Source: the human T2T-CHM13v2.0 reference genome, Homo sapiens. From it: a stretch of DNA of 64,000 bases. Position 1 is the first letter of the stretch, and the number at the start of each line of letters is the position of its first letter. The position numbers and the translations under genes were made by a program. Below, piece after piece: positions 33,375 to 53,200 of this stretch. The notes under the pieces were generated by a model that ran no database searches, had not been told where the DNA came from, and saw only the letters and a list, made by a program, of their open reading frames with translations. The stretch lies in NCBI RefSeq assembly GCF_009914755.1, contig NC_060929.1; one strand, given 5' to 3'.

Positions 33375-34157
33375 GCACTTCCATTGCATTCTATAGAGCC
33401 CGCATTACTTTCATACCAAAACCAGACAAGGACATTACAAGAAAAGAAAGGAAAACTACACGTCCATATCCCCCATGAACTTAGACACAAATATTCTAAT
33501 TAAAATTTTAGCAAACTGAATCCAGCAATACATTCAAAGAATAATACATCACTACTAAATATGTTTTTTCTCATATGTGGCTTAATATTCAAATATCAAC
33601 CAGTTTAATTAACCACATTAACAAACTGAAAAAGAAAACTATACGATCATTTCAATAGATGCAGGAAAAAATTACATCTGTGAGCAAAGAAGCTACACAG
33701 ATGACAGGCACATGAAAAGATACTCAACATCATAGTAATTGAGACAATTCAAATTAAAACAATGAGATACCATTCCTACCTATTGGAGTGGTAATAAAAT
33801 TACACAGAATGATCATACCCAGTGTTGGCCACAATGTGCAGAAACTGAAACTCACACCCTGCTGATAGGAATGTAAAAGAGTGTAAAAATGTAAAAACTA
33901 TTTTGGAAAACTGTATGGCAGTTTCTTTAAAAGTAAACAGTCACCTAACGTATGGTCCAGCCATCCCACTCTTAAGTATTCACCAAGAGAAAAGGAACTG
34001 CATGTCTTGACAAAGCCTTGTACCTCAATATTCATAGAAGCCTCATTCAGAATAGGTGAAAGGTGGAGACAGCCCAGATACTCACAACAGATGAGCAGAT
34101 AAACAAACCGTGGTGCATCCACGCATCAGGCGCTCCATGACAGTCAAAAATCAACTC
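33375..34157 (+). mobile_element. Old L1 ORF2 and 3'-end fragments
   Basis: ITFIPKPDKDITRKE; gagataccattcc; gtatggcagtttct. Confidence 0.8.
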
Positions 34158-34159
34158 TT

Positions 34160-34290
34160 CGGGCAGGCAGTGAAGGGTCGTCACACAGCAGCTGTGGGTG
34201 CAGAAGGTGGTGGATTCCATGGTGGAGAGTCTGGACAGAGAGAACATCCAGAAGATCCAGGTGAGCAGCCCGAGGCCCAGCCAAGGCGTG
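34160..34290 (+). pseudogene. FAM136A: FAM136A-like exon 1 fragment with splice donor and adjacent intron-like sequence
   Basis: 34186-34260 translates QQLWVQKVVDSMVESLDRENIQKIQ, versus recalled FAM136A QQLRVQEAVESMVKSLERENIRKMQ; followed by gtgagc; no ATG and no downstream exons. Confidence 0.75.
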
Positions 34291-34369
34291 GCCAGGGTGA
34301 AAGACAAGAAAGGCGAAGGCTCCTGGCCTTCGAACCTCATCCTTTGAGTGCTATGCCCACATTTAAATA

Positions 34370-34830
34370 TACATGCTTTATTTTAAAGAGCAGTTCTAGG
34401 TTCATAGAAAAGTCACGTGGAAAGTACAAAGAGTTCCCATATACCCTCTGCCCACACAGGTGCATAGCTCTCCCTACTGTCCACATCCCACCAAGATGGA
34501 ACATTGTAACTATCAATAAACCTATGTTAACACCTCATTATCACCCAAAGTCTGCAGCTGACATTAGCGTTCACTCTTGGTGTTGTACATTCCATGGGTT
34601 TTGGCAAATGGATAATGACATGGATCTATCATCACTGCATCACACAGATGCTTTCTTTGCCCTAAAAATCCTCTGTGCTCTGCTATTATTCATGCTTCCC
34701 TCACCACTAACCTCTGGCAACCACTGGTCTTTTTACTATTTCCAGAGATTTGCCTTTTCTGGAATGTCATATAATTGGAGTCATACAATATGTGGTCTTT
34801 TTAGATTGTTTTCTTTCACTTTATAATATA
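34370..34830 (-). mobile_element. L1MC-type 3' UTR fragment, antisense
   Basis: gagcagttctaggttcatagaaaa...cactcttggtgttgtacattc...ggaatgtcatataattggagtcatac. Confidence 0.75.
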
Positions 34831-35353
34831 AACAGTCACATTTTTAAAATCACAGTGATATGCCTGATACACTACTATTGCTTTATTGATTTTATGTAAT
34901 GTCCAAGTCTGTAGGTACTCAGGTACCTGAGTACGGACAGTGTCAAGAGGAGGAGAGGGATGTGCTTCTTAATGCAGCATTTGCTGAGTGAGAAGAGGTG
35001 ACCACCCCAGGAGCTGCCAATGTTCAATCCCTTCTGGCCTTAGCCCAGGGAGCTTGAGGGTGATTGAAGTGGAAATCCACAGGGTCTTCCACAGTCCCTT
35101 CTCCCCAGTGCTGGTAGAGTGTGTCTTAAAGCAGCTGTAGATGGAATACTACTTGGTTAAAAAGAAGGAACAAACTATTGATACATGCAACATTTTGGAT
35201 GTATCTTGTAGGCGGCATATTCAGTGAAAAAAGTCCATCTCACCAAGTTCATAGGATATGACTCCATTTATATGACATTCTCAAAATCACAAAATTATAG
35301 AGAGGAAGAAAAATAAGTGGTTTCCAGGAATTAGGAAAGGGGGAGAGGGTGTG

Positions 35354-35715
35354 TGTTTTAGTCTGTTTTCACACTGCTATAAAGAACTACCTGAGACTGG
35401 GTAACTTATAAAGAAAAGAGGTTTAATTGACTCAGTTCTGCACGGCTGGGGAGGCCCAGGAAACTTACAATCATGGCAAAAGGCAAAGGGGAAGCAAAGC
35501 ACGTCCTACATGGTGGCAGGAGAGAAAGAGAACAACGTGGGAACTGTCACACGCTTTTAAACCGTCAGATGTCGTGGAACTCACTCCCTATCATGAGAAC
35601 AGCATGGGGGAACCACACCCATGACCCAATCACCTTACACCAGGTCCCTCTTTTGACACATGGGGATTATAATTTGACATGAGATTTGGGTGGGGACAAG
35701 AGTCACACCATATCA
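35354..35715 (-). mobile_element. MaLR solo LTR (MSTA/THE1-like)
   Basis: ttagtctgttttcacactgctataaagaactacctgagactgg...accatatca; ~5-bp TSD g(t/a)gtg. Confidence 0.88.
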
Positions 35716-35769
35716 GAGTGATTTATAGATGCACATTGAGGGAGGTCTTCAATAGTGATGGAATAGTAT

Positions 35770-36087
<318 letters not shown>

Positions 36088-36145
36088 TGATGGTGGTTAC
36101 TTGAATTTATATATCTAATAAAATTGCACAGAACCACATGCATGT

Positions 36146-36178
<33 letters not shown>
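36146..36178. repeat. (CA)n microsatellite
   Basis: Seen directly. Confidence 0.95.
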
Positions 36179-36180
<2 letters not shown>

Positions 36181-37601
36181 TGAATGCATGTAAAAACTGC
36201 TAACATGTGAATCAGGCCTGGAGTCTAGTTAACATATTTATATCAATATCAATCTCCTGGTTTCAATATTGTGCCATAGCAAAGCTACATAAGATGTTGC
36301 CATTGCCTTAATTTTAAAAAATTGTTACCATTGGAGAAAGCTTGGTGAAGGGTACTCAAGACTCAACAATTTTTGCAATTTCCTGGGAGTTTATATGACT
36401 GTTTCAAAATAAAACAAAAATTTGTAAAGCAGCTTTAAAAAAACAACATTTATTTTAAAATGAAGTTGGGTTGTCGAAATAAATAAATGTGTGTGAAACA
36501 GAGTTTCAGAGATTCAACTGGTATCAGCTCACATCAAATGACAATGAAACAGAAGACTTAAAAAAATTTCTGTAGCTTTGAGTATCAGAACAACTATCTT
36601 CAACAAATCAAAATTGAATGATGCCATTAGCTGTGCCATCCAAAGTAAATAAGGACTAAAATCATGAATAAGAAAACTTGGAATAATAGGTGATAAAGCT
36701 AACATTAATGTAACATGGTAGTCCGACTAGAAACAATAAGTGCCAATATAACGAATTCCCCTGCAAAACATCCCCACCACCAAGTTAGTTTTCATTATAA
36801 AGATGATTAAAACAAACTAAAGCAGCCACAGACAGGAACACCGGGCCTGCCTCCTGGTGCAGCCGTCTGAGCTTCCCACCTTAGGACAGCAGTGGGAAGC
36901 AGGATGGTGGGGCCCAAGTCAGGAGCTAAGTCCCCCTACTGTGCCTGGGGAAGGATGCAAGGCTCCTGAGGCACCTCAGGAGAGGAAGCAGAGAGGGTTG
37001 TAGTCGATGAGCTGAGTCTGGAGGCCAGAGGGAGCCGAGGGTCTAGGAGCACGTGGTGAGTGGCAGAGATGCTGGTAGGCTCCCTGTGTGTTTTTCAGGG
37101 AGTAATAAATACAAGCCCAGAAACTACCAGGAGCCAGGCATTAGAGATATGAGGATGGACTGCTGTGAACTGTCTAGGAACAAAATAGCTGAAAGGGCAC
37201 TGTGGAAGAAGGTGTCAGAAAATTAACTTCTGAAAGGAAAGGAGAGAGGGCTAGGAAGGCCTTGGGCAGCCAAGTTCATACAGAGACGTGTGTGTGTGCA
37301 TGTGTGTGTGTGTGTGTGCGCGTGATGTAAGGAGAAAGGAGGAAAGAAGTGGGGGTAAAAGTGAAATTTTCTGAGCTATTCTGTGGTTTTTTTCTCTGAC
37401 ATGACCAAAATAGGAAGAAAAAGAAAATAAAACTAAAGAAAAAAACAAAAAAAAATTCACACACAAAAAAGGAGCAGCAATGTCACTCACACATGAAACC
37501 TGACTTCACATCCCAGATCTGCTTGGGATGCAGAAGTCCATTTGACTGTTAAAAATGTATTTTTATCAAAGTGATGCAAACTAATATTTAAAGGAGTTTT
37601 T

Positions 37602-37900
37602 AGGTCCGGTGCGGTGGCTCACATCTATAATCCTAGAACTTTGGGAGGCCAGGTGGGTGGACTGCTTGAGCCCAGGGGTTCGAGACCAGCCTGGGCAACA
37701 TTGCAAAACCCTGTCTCTACAAAAAATACAAAAAATTAGCCAGGTGGGTGGTGCATGCCTGTGGACCCAGCTACTCGTGAGGCTGACAGGAGGATTGTTT
37801 GAGCCTGGGAGGTTGAGGCTGCAGCGAGCTGAGATCACGTCACTGCACTCCAGCCTGGGTGACAAAGAGAGACCCTGTCTCAAAACAAACTAACAAACAG
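37602..37900 (+). mobile_element. AluJ
   Basis: gcttgagcccagg, aggctgcagcgagc. Confidence 0.9.
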
Positions 37901-38097
37901 AATCCCCCCCCACCACAAAAAACCAAACCAAAACCATGATTTTTAAAAGCATTGTAATAAAAAGCAATAGTACCCCAATGCCTTACTACTGTGTCCCTTT
38001 CCAACCCACCCCAGTGTTGTACCCACAGGGAAAACTTTATGGCTTCTCTTTTTGGTTGTTTTTCCTTATAGCTAAGTTACTTGTTTCTTCTTCTGGC

Positions 38098-38424
<327 letters not shown>

Positions 38425-38429
38425 TATTT

Positions 38430-42955
<4,526 letters not shown>

Positions 42956-42959
42956 AAAC

Positions 42960-45900
42960 CTTTTAATTGTGGGATTTAATATGTTTACTTTCAAGGCTGT
43001 TATTGATAACTACTTCTTATTATTTTGTTAATTGCCTTTTAATTGTTTTGTATATCCTTGTTCCTTTCTTATTCTCTTATTGCTTATCTTTGCAATTTGA
43101 TGGCTTTCTATAGTGATGACATTTGATTCCTCTCTTTTTCTCATTTGTGTATCTGCTTCTTCCAGTGAGTTTCATACTTTTGTGTGTTTTCGTGATGGGA
43201 GATATCATCCTTTCACTTCTAGATGCAGGAAGTGCATTTAAGCATTTCTCAAAGGCCTGTCTAGTGATAATGAATTTGCTCAGATTTTGTTTTTCTGGGA
43301 AAGACTTTATTCCTCTTTCATTTCTGAAGGATAACTTTGCTAGGTATCGTATTTTTGCCTGACAGTTTTTTCTTTTTCTTTCAGGGCTTTGAATATATTA
43401 TCCCATTCTCTCTTGGCCTAGAGGTTTTTGCTGAGAAATATGCTGTTAATCTGATGGAGATTCATGTGACTTGATGCTTTCCTCTTGACATTTTTACAAT
43501 TCTTTCTTTGTCTTTGACTTTTGACAATTTGAGTATAATGTGCCTCCGAGAAGACATTTTGGGTTGTGTCTATTTGGGATTCTTTGATCTTCCCGCATAT
43601 GAATGTCTTCATCTCTTCGAAGACATGAGAACTTTTCAGCTATTATCTTTAAATCGGTTTTCTATGCCTTTTGCCATGTTTGTACCTTCTGGAACTCCCA
43701 ACATTTGAGGTTTTGTTCACTTGATTGTGTCCCATATGTCATATAGGATTTCTTCACTCTTTGATTTTTTTTCTGAGTTATTTCATTTTTTTTCTTGAAA
43801 GATTAACTGTTTAACTATAAAGAAATAACTAAAAATTAAAAATAGCTTATAAACTTTATTTATATAATTACTGAAGGGAACAGAGTAACTGTTTGTGGTG
43901 GTGGACCCAGGAAGGCGGCTCTCAAGTTCTGGGGAGTGCGTATTTCCATTCTCTATGTTCTCAGCACAGACTGTCTGATGTGCAGGAATGCCTGCTTCCA
44001 GGTTTAGAGTGCTCCATGGGTTCAGATTTACTGCACATCTCGGTCCAGCTAATGCTCTGATGCTGCAGACTTCTGGGTGGATATGAGAGGATGCTAGTGG
44101 GACCCCAGGGATGTGGAGATGCAGGGGCTATTAAGCCATGGTGCAGAATGTTGTCTTGTATTGGGTCTGTTCTCAAAATGATGTCATGCTGCAGTTGATT
44201 GGGTCCTGGGGATGTAATATTGCATGAACTCCTTCCGTGGAACAGTGCAGTCACATGGACCCCAGGCAAATCCCTATACTACTCAGGGCCTTTGAGGGCT
44301 GAGGGGCTTTCCTGTAGCATGTACTACAGGACTCTGGCATGTGGACTGCTGAGGATCTCTTACTTGCCTTTTCCTCCGATGGGAGTCCCTCCTGGCTCTG
44401 CGCTAATCTGACTGGATGCCTCACTTCCCCCTCTGTGCTGCCATCTCAAGCTTTCATGCCTCAGAGTGTTTCAGTTGCTTCCCTTCTGGATTCCAGCATT
44501 TCTTCCCTACACGCTATATTCAATGTGTGATTACCTACATGCTGTTTTGGTTCTTCCTTGTGGAGGAGGTGAGTGCTGGGTGCCTGTAGGCAGCCATCTT
44601 GGTCTTTCCTCAGCTTTTACTTGTTTCAATTTCTCCTTCATTTCCAAAAGACAATTTTCCTTGTACATTATTCTTGGTAGGTAGTTTTTGTTGTTGTTTG
44701 TTTGCTTGCTTCAGCACTTTGACTGTATCATCCCACATTCTCTGTTGAGAAATCTGCTAATGGGTCCAAGCCTCATTCAAACCACCATATGTGTTATTTA
44801 GTTATTTTATCTTAGTTTCAGGATTCCCTCTTTGTTCTTCACTTATTACAGTTGGGTTATAATAAGTCTTGCTATATTTCTGGTCTGGATTGAAACTTAT
44901 TGCAGACCTTTGATATTCTTGTATCTGGATATCTATAGCTTTTATTGTATTTGGAAAGTTTTCTGCTGTTATTTCTTTACTCCTTCTATCCCTTTATCTT
45001 TCTCTGCTCCTCACAAACTCCTATAATTCAAACATTTGCTCTTCTGATACCATTCCATAGGTCTTATAAACTTTCTCCATTCCTTTTGTACTATTTTCCT
45101 CCTCTGACTGTATATTTTCAAATAAACTGTCTTAGAGTTCACATATTCTTTCTTCTGTTTGATCAATTCTGCTATTGATACTCTTTAAATTTCATTAATT
45201 GTATTTTTCAACTCCAGAATATCTGTTTGATTTTATAAATAATTTAAATATCTGTTAAATTTCTTATTTTGGTCATTTATTATTTTTATGATTTCATTGA
45301 ATCGTTTCTACTTTCTTGAAGTTCACTGAGCTTCCTTAAAACTATTATTTTAAATATTTTGTCAGGCAGTTTGTATATCCTCATTTTTTTGGAGTTTGGC
45401 ACTGGGAGTTTATTGTGTTCCTTTAGTGGTATTATATCTCTTTAGTTTTTCCTGTTTCTTTTTGCTTTATGTTGATGTCTGCACATTTGACAAAGTAAAG
45501 ATTATTCCAGTCTTTGCAGACTGGATTTGTCTGGGAAACATTTTCACCAGTCATCTCATCTAGAGATTTTAGCAAGGGTCTCTGTGATGGTCTGAGGTCA
45601 GCGTTGCTACAAGAGTCCTTTGGCAGGCCAGCCTGGTGCCTGAGTCAGCAGGTGGGAAGAACTGACTTCTAGGTCTGTGGGTTTGGCCTGAAACCTTGAT
45701 CCCCTTAGGTAGACCTATTGATTGAGTCTGTGGGGATGGTCCTAGAGGCTGTGTCTATGAGGGTGAGCCTGTATCTGCTGGAGCTGCCTAAGGTCTAGAT
45801 CCACAGGGATGACCCGGTGCTGGTGTGGGCCTTGAGCCTGAGTCTGCAGGGGCTGGATAGGCACAACGATGGCTCTGGCATCTGGATCCACTGGAATGGG

Positions 45901-46385
45901 CCTGGAACCTGAGCCCAAAAGGACTGGCCTTGTTCTGGGGCTGACCTGGCAACTGAGACCAGTAAAATGTCCTTGAAGTTGGAATCCATGGTGGCTGGCC
46001 CAAAGCCTTTGTCTTCAGGAGTGGACTTAGAACTTCAATTCATAGAATCCTTCCTGGCACTGGAGTCTAATGTCCCTGCACCTTGAGTCTGCTGGAGCAG
46101 ACTCTGGGTCATGGAGCAGCTGAGACTGGTCTAGAGCCTGAGAACATCCTAGTACTGAGGATGGCATGGAGCCTGAATCTGCAGGAACTGGCCTGGGGCC
46201 TAGGATTGTCAGTGCTGGCCTTGTCACTGAAGCCACAGTAGCTGTCCTGGAGCCTGTGTCCACTGGTGTTGGTCTTCAGGCTAAATGTATCCGTGCTAAG
46301 CTAGTGGCTAGGTTTGAGATGGCTGGCTTGGGTCCTGAGGCTTCAGGGGCTAACCTGGGACTGGATACACAGGGTCAGGCCACTA
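42960..46385 (-). mobile_element. Antisense old L1 ORF1 and 5' UTR fragments (at least two elements)
   Basis: ORF1-like antisense sequence (ctttcatttctgaaggataactttgct, tctttgacttttgacaatttga); gccatctt 5'-end motif at ~44593. Confidence 0.7.
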
Positions 46386-48800
<2,415 letters not shown>

Positions 48801-49846
48801 AAAAAAACGAAGTGGAGTCAATGCACTAATTTTTAAATCTAACACAATGCTTAGAACAAACTATGCTCAATAAATAAAAACATTATTATTAATGGAGTAC
48901 GATTATTCTTGAGATTCTCTATGGTTGTGTGTGTGTTTTAAACAAAACTGAGTCGTAGGTAAAGAAAGACATCCTACAGACACGACTGAGAAGGGCTCAA
49001 AGAAAAGAACAGCCAAGGAGTAGTGTCCCCAAATACTAAGCAAAATGAATATGGGATTTTTCAAAGCAGTCTAGAAATCAGAGCTCACTAGGTTTGGAGA
49101 TAATCCATGTTCAAGGCCTCATAATGAAATCTTTCCGTATTTCCAGATTCTTGATATGGAATCTGTCACAATTTTAAGGAGCTTCTGCCAAAGGAAAGGA
49201 GATCGCTTATGCTGCCTGAAATGGCCTACGCCTCCTAAATTTCCTTTGACTCTGTCACTAATATAGCAAGGGTTCATTCCAGCAAAGGATTACTACTGAG
49301 GACCAACTCCTCTCTGGTTTAGATTTTGCTTTCATAAACACATTGACCCTTGCCAAGGAGAGCTCTATGTATATCCAATTTCTTTTCTTTTTATCCCTGC
49401 TACACAACTCTGGCTACAAAATCTAGGACTCTCACAGCAATGGCAGCATTGGTCAGAAGGTAAGTGCCAGTTCGAACGCAAGAACTCTCTAAAGTTCAAT
49501 GGTCACAATTTTTTTTTAACCACTTCTGCCACGACTTTTTTTTCTCTTTACCTTGCCAATTATTTCTTTTAAAACTCAATCCTCCAAGCTACATTCTGAG
49601 CACTAAGTTTTTTGACCAATGCATCTCTGGTATCCTCATCATCTTTTTGCAGATCTATGTCACCTTGTTGGGACCAAATGGGGTATCTATCAGCTCTCTG
49701 ACCAGCCGCTAAGAAGGAGGAAGTAGCCTCCAACTCACCATTATTTTTTAAGAAGGCCTGTGTAACTGTTGGTAGATCCAAGTTAAATTTTTCCATTAAC
49801 TGCCGAATGATCTTAATGGCAAGCTCCCACCCCTGGTGGAGAAAGT

Positions 49847-49940
49847 CCCCCTCCTCCTCTGTCTCTCTCCCTCCTCCTCTATCTCTCTCCCTCCTCCTCT
49901 GTCTCTCCCCCTCCTCTTCTGTCTCTCCCCCTCCTCCTCT
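49847..49940. repeat. 20-bp minisatellite, ~4.5 copies (ctcctcctctgtctctc(t/c)cc)
   Basis: Seen directly; lies in the poly-Glu-coding segment of the TERF2IP copy. Confidence 0.9.
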
Positions 49941-50035
49941 TCCCCATTCTCACCCTCCTGCTGTCCTTCTGTCTTCCTCAGGCATGGGTGGATTATCATC
50001 ACACATTGTTATATGTATTTCAAAATCAGGGCTCT

Positions 50036-52410
50036 TGATCCACTTGTAGGAATTGCCTTTCCAGGAGTCCTGGACGGTTCTCGCAGTTCAGTTTTCCATC
50101 TTTCTGCGAGATGCTAACAAAACCATGCCTCTGATCCAATGCCTCCATTTAGCTGTAACAATACGTTAATCAGAACTGCCTGGCATCCTCCTGAACAAGA
50201 CTTTCAATAGGGCCCAGTATGTTTCGCTTCATCCTGAAGTTTTCTCAAGCATCTGCTAAGATGCTTAAGTACTCTTTTGCAGTGGGACTAGGAGCCAGCA
50301 GAGGAACAGATACACGTTCTCTCAAGACGTCTCTCCAGCAGAACTTTTCCCCTTTGTTTCCGAGGCCTTGGATTTTCCCAACATTTCCAGTGTATATGAA
50401 CAAGACACAATGCTATCATACATCCCCCTGCAACTTTAAAAAGCAGGAGTAAGCAGTACTTCCAGCCAGGCCACCAAGCACCATCATGTACCTGCCTGAC
50501 AGCCCAAAGCCAGCATTATAGGTAACTCTGGCAGGACTAATCCCCTTCATTGGTCCACCACTGGTCCTGCTAATGACAAAGACTTATATTCCCCTATTAG
50601 CCTTTACTCAGATGGAGCCAGTTTCCTATCCTTGTGGTGGTCAGATGGGGTTTTGCTGTATCAGAAGGCAGTCCAGCCAAACCCGACTTCCTTCATTTAG
50701 CTAATAGTACAGTTCCTGTTGTTTTCACGGTTTGCCTTATTTCTGAAAGACTCAGCGAAGCCATAGCAATCATAGGTAACGGGGATAGCATTACACATCT
50801 GTTTCTTTTGCCACATTATCCCAACTGGTTCAAAGCCCTGAGGAAAGTAGTCACTTTATTGGCCACTTTTTCATTTATAATCACTTTAGTGTTAAAAATA
50901 TTTACCCACAGAATGGACCTAAGCGACCTGGTCAAGTAGAAAAGGCATAGAACTACACTGTAGATAACACTGGTACACTGGCTACACCTTTTTCTACTTC
51001 TCCTGTTTGCCTCTCCCCTCCCCCACACCAATGGTAATTTATTCTTCACACATTATTCTTCATTTCCAGAAACTGTTACTTCATAGTAATTACTTAAGCA
51101 GGAGCACGAAAATCCCTGACAAGTCATTTTCATCTTGTGTCCAGAATTGGTGGGTTCTTGGTCTCCCTGACTTCACGAATGAAGCCACAGACCCTCACGG
51201 TGTTACAGTTCTTAAAGATGGTGTGTCTGGAGTTTGTTCCTTCTGATATTCGGACGTGTTTGGAGTTTCTTCCTTCTGGTGGGTTCGTGGTCTCTCTGGC
51301 TTCAGGAGTGAAGCTGCAGACCTTAGAGATGAGTATCACAGCTCACAAAGGCACTGCAGACCCAAACAGTGGGCAGCAGCATAATTTACTGCAAAGAGCT
51401 AAAGAACAAAGCTTGCCCAGGGCAGAAGGTGACCCAAACTGGTTGCCGGTGCTGGCTCTGGCAGCCGCTTTTATTCCCTTATCTGACCCCACCCACATCC
51501 TGCTGATTGGTCCATTTTACAGAGAGCTGATTGGTCCATTTTGACAGGGTGCTGACTGGTGCATTTACAATCCCTGAGCTAGACACAAAGTGCTGATTGG
51601 TGCATTTACAATCCTCCAGCTAGACATAAAAGTTCTCCAAGTCCCCACCAGATTAGCTAGATAGAATGCTGATTGGTGCATCTGCAAATCCCTAGCTAGA
51701 CACAGAGTGCTGACTGGTGCATATACACTTCTCCCTCTAGACATAAAAGTTCTCCAAGTCCTCACCCGACCCAGGAGCCCAGCTGGCTTACCCAGTGGAT
51801 CCCCTGCAGGGGCCACAAGTGGAGCTGCCCGCCAGTTCTGCGCAGCACGCCTGCACTCCTCAGCCCTTGGGCACTTGATGGGACCGGACGCTGCAGTCGT
51901 GGAGGGTCGGGCCCGCAGGAGCCCACCGTGCAGGTTGGGGGGGCGGGACTCAGGCATGGCGGGCTGCCGGTCCCGAGCCCTGCCCCGCCAGAGGCGGCTG
52001 AGGCCTGGCAAGAAATCGAGCAGGGCGTGGGTGGGCTGGCAGTGCTGGGGGACCCCACGCACCCTCCACAGCTGCTGGCCTGGGTCCTGCGAGCGCCACC
52101 ACAGTCCCGGTTCCCACCCATGCTTCTCCCTCCACAGCTCCCCACAAGCAGAGGGATCCGGCTCCAGCCTCGGCCAGCCCAGACAGGGGCTCCCACAGTG
52201 CAGCGGCGGGTTGAAGGGCTCCTCAAGGTGGCCAGAATGGAAGCCCAGGAAGCACTGAGAGCGAGCACGGGTCACCAGCACGTTGTCACCTCTCAGTCTC
52301 ATACTAAATTTGTTTTCACTGAGTCATGTTATGAATTATATAGTCACCCGCTTAAACATTTCAATGCTTTAACTGTCTTGAAAAATATAAAATAAAAAAA
52401 TTAAAAAAAA
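50036..52410 (+). pseudogene. TMEM69: TMEM69 processed pseudogene (CDS remnant 50219-50941; 3' UTR split by LTR12)
   Basis: MFRFILKFSQASAKMLKYSF...KTQCYHTSPCNFKKQ; RWGFAVSEGSPAKPD..LISERLSEAI..LFLLPHYPNWFKALR..KRPGQV; AATAAA 52391 plus poly-A; perfect 14-bp TSD aaaatcagggctct at 50022-50035 and 52411-52424. Confidence 0.94.
51136..52295 (-). mobile_element. LTR12-family (ERV9) solo LTR
   Basis: Minus strand TGAGAGGTGACAACGTG...CCACCAATTCTGGACACA; tandem gctgattggt (CCAAT) repeats at 51500-51760; 4-bp TSD atct/gtct. Confidence 0.95.
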
Positions 52411-53200
52411 AAAATCAGGGCTCTCATCCAACTCCCTGGTGGCTTCCGCAGGCATGTTTTTTGATGGCTGCTTCATGCTTCTGGGTTTCTTCCTTCACAT
52501 GTTCTTCAGGCAAAGCTGGAATTCTCTTATTCCATGGTTCCCGGCAATCCTCAGGCTCCGGGTCCTGCTCTGCCTTCTGCTTGAGCGTCTGGGAGCGCAG
52601 CGGGGGCTCCTGGGGCATTCCCTGCTCCTGGCCCCATAGGTTCTGAGGGGCCTTTCTTCCGCGAGCCGGCTTTCCTCCATCGCTTCCCACAGGCTTTGCC
52701 CGCGACCGAACAGGGCGAGCAGGCATTTTCCTTCACGTAGGCCTGAAAAGCCACGTCACCCGCATCCCTGAAGGCGGCCCCACCAGCGACTACGGCTTGG
52801 GCTCCACGGCGCGCTCTGCCAGGGACCCCCCCCCCCCACCGCCGGTGCCCGAGTGGGCCGCGTAGGCGGGGCCCAGCCCATAGGCCGCCAGCTCCAGCCG
52901 CTGCAGCGTTCTACGCGGTCCGGGACGCACTGCGCAGACAACAAAGCTGCTGGAGGCGTCCCCAGGCTGGGCCAGCGGTGTGGCCTGGGTTCCTGCACCG
53001 AGTGGTGCAGCAGCTGCTTGGCTGGGCTGGGCAGCAGGTATAAGGACCTAGAGTTGCCGTCCTCCCTGGTGAACAGAATCGAGGAATGGTTGGGCCCGTT
53101 GGGGTCTTTGCCCAGATCCACCGCCTCCACCATGTTTGACGCCGGGCACCAGAGGAGCCGCCCCCTCCCGAGCGCCATGGCACGCACAGAGCGACTGACT
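51840..53200. promoter_or_regulatory. CpG-rich, island-like region (LTR12 U3 plus TERF2IP 5' exon copy)
   Basis: Visibly high GC and CpG density against AT-rich flanks, with an AT-rich gap at ~52300-52420; obs/exp not computed. Confidence 0.55.

Noticed and set aside
34110-34826. 238-aa ORF
   Set aside because: A mosaic of L1, an out-of-frame FAM136A fragment and antisense L1MC; no domain; most likely chance.
36840-37330. GC-rich unique-looking segment with (TG)n
   Set aside because: No ORF, splice pattern or family I can support; possibly old repeat or regulatory DNA.
51500-52302. Tandem repeats and 150-245 aa ORFs
   Set aside because: Standard LTR12 enhancer repeats and GC-rich U3 sequence.
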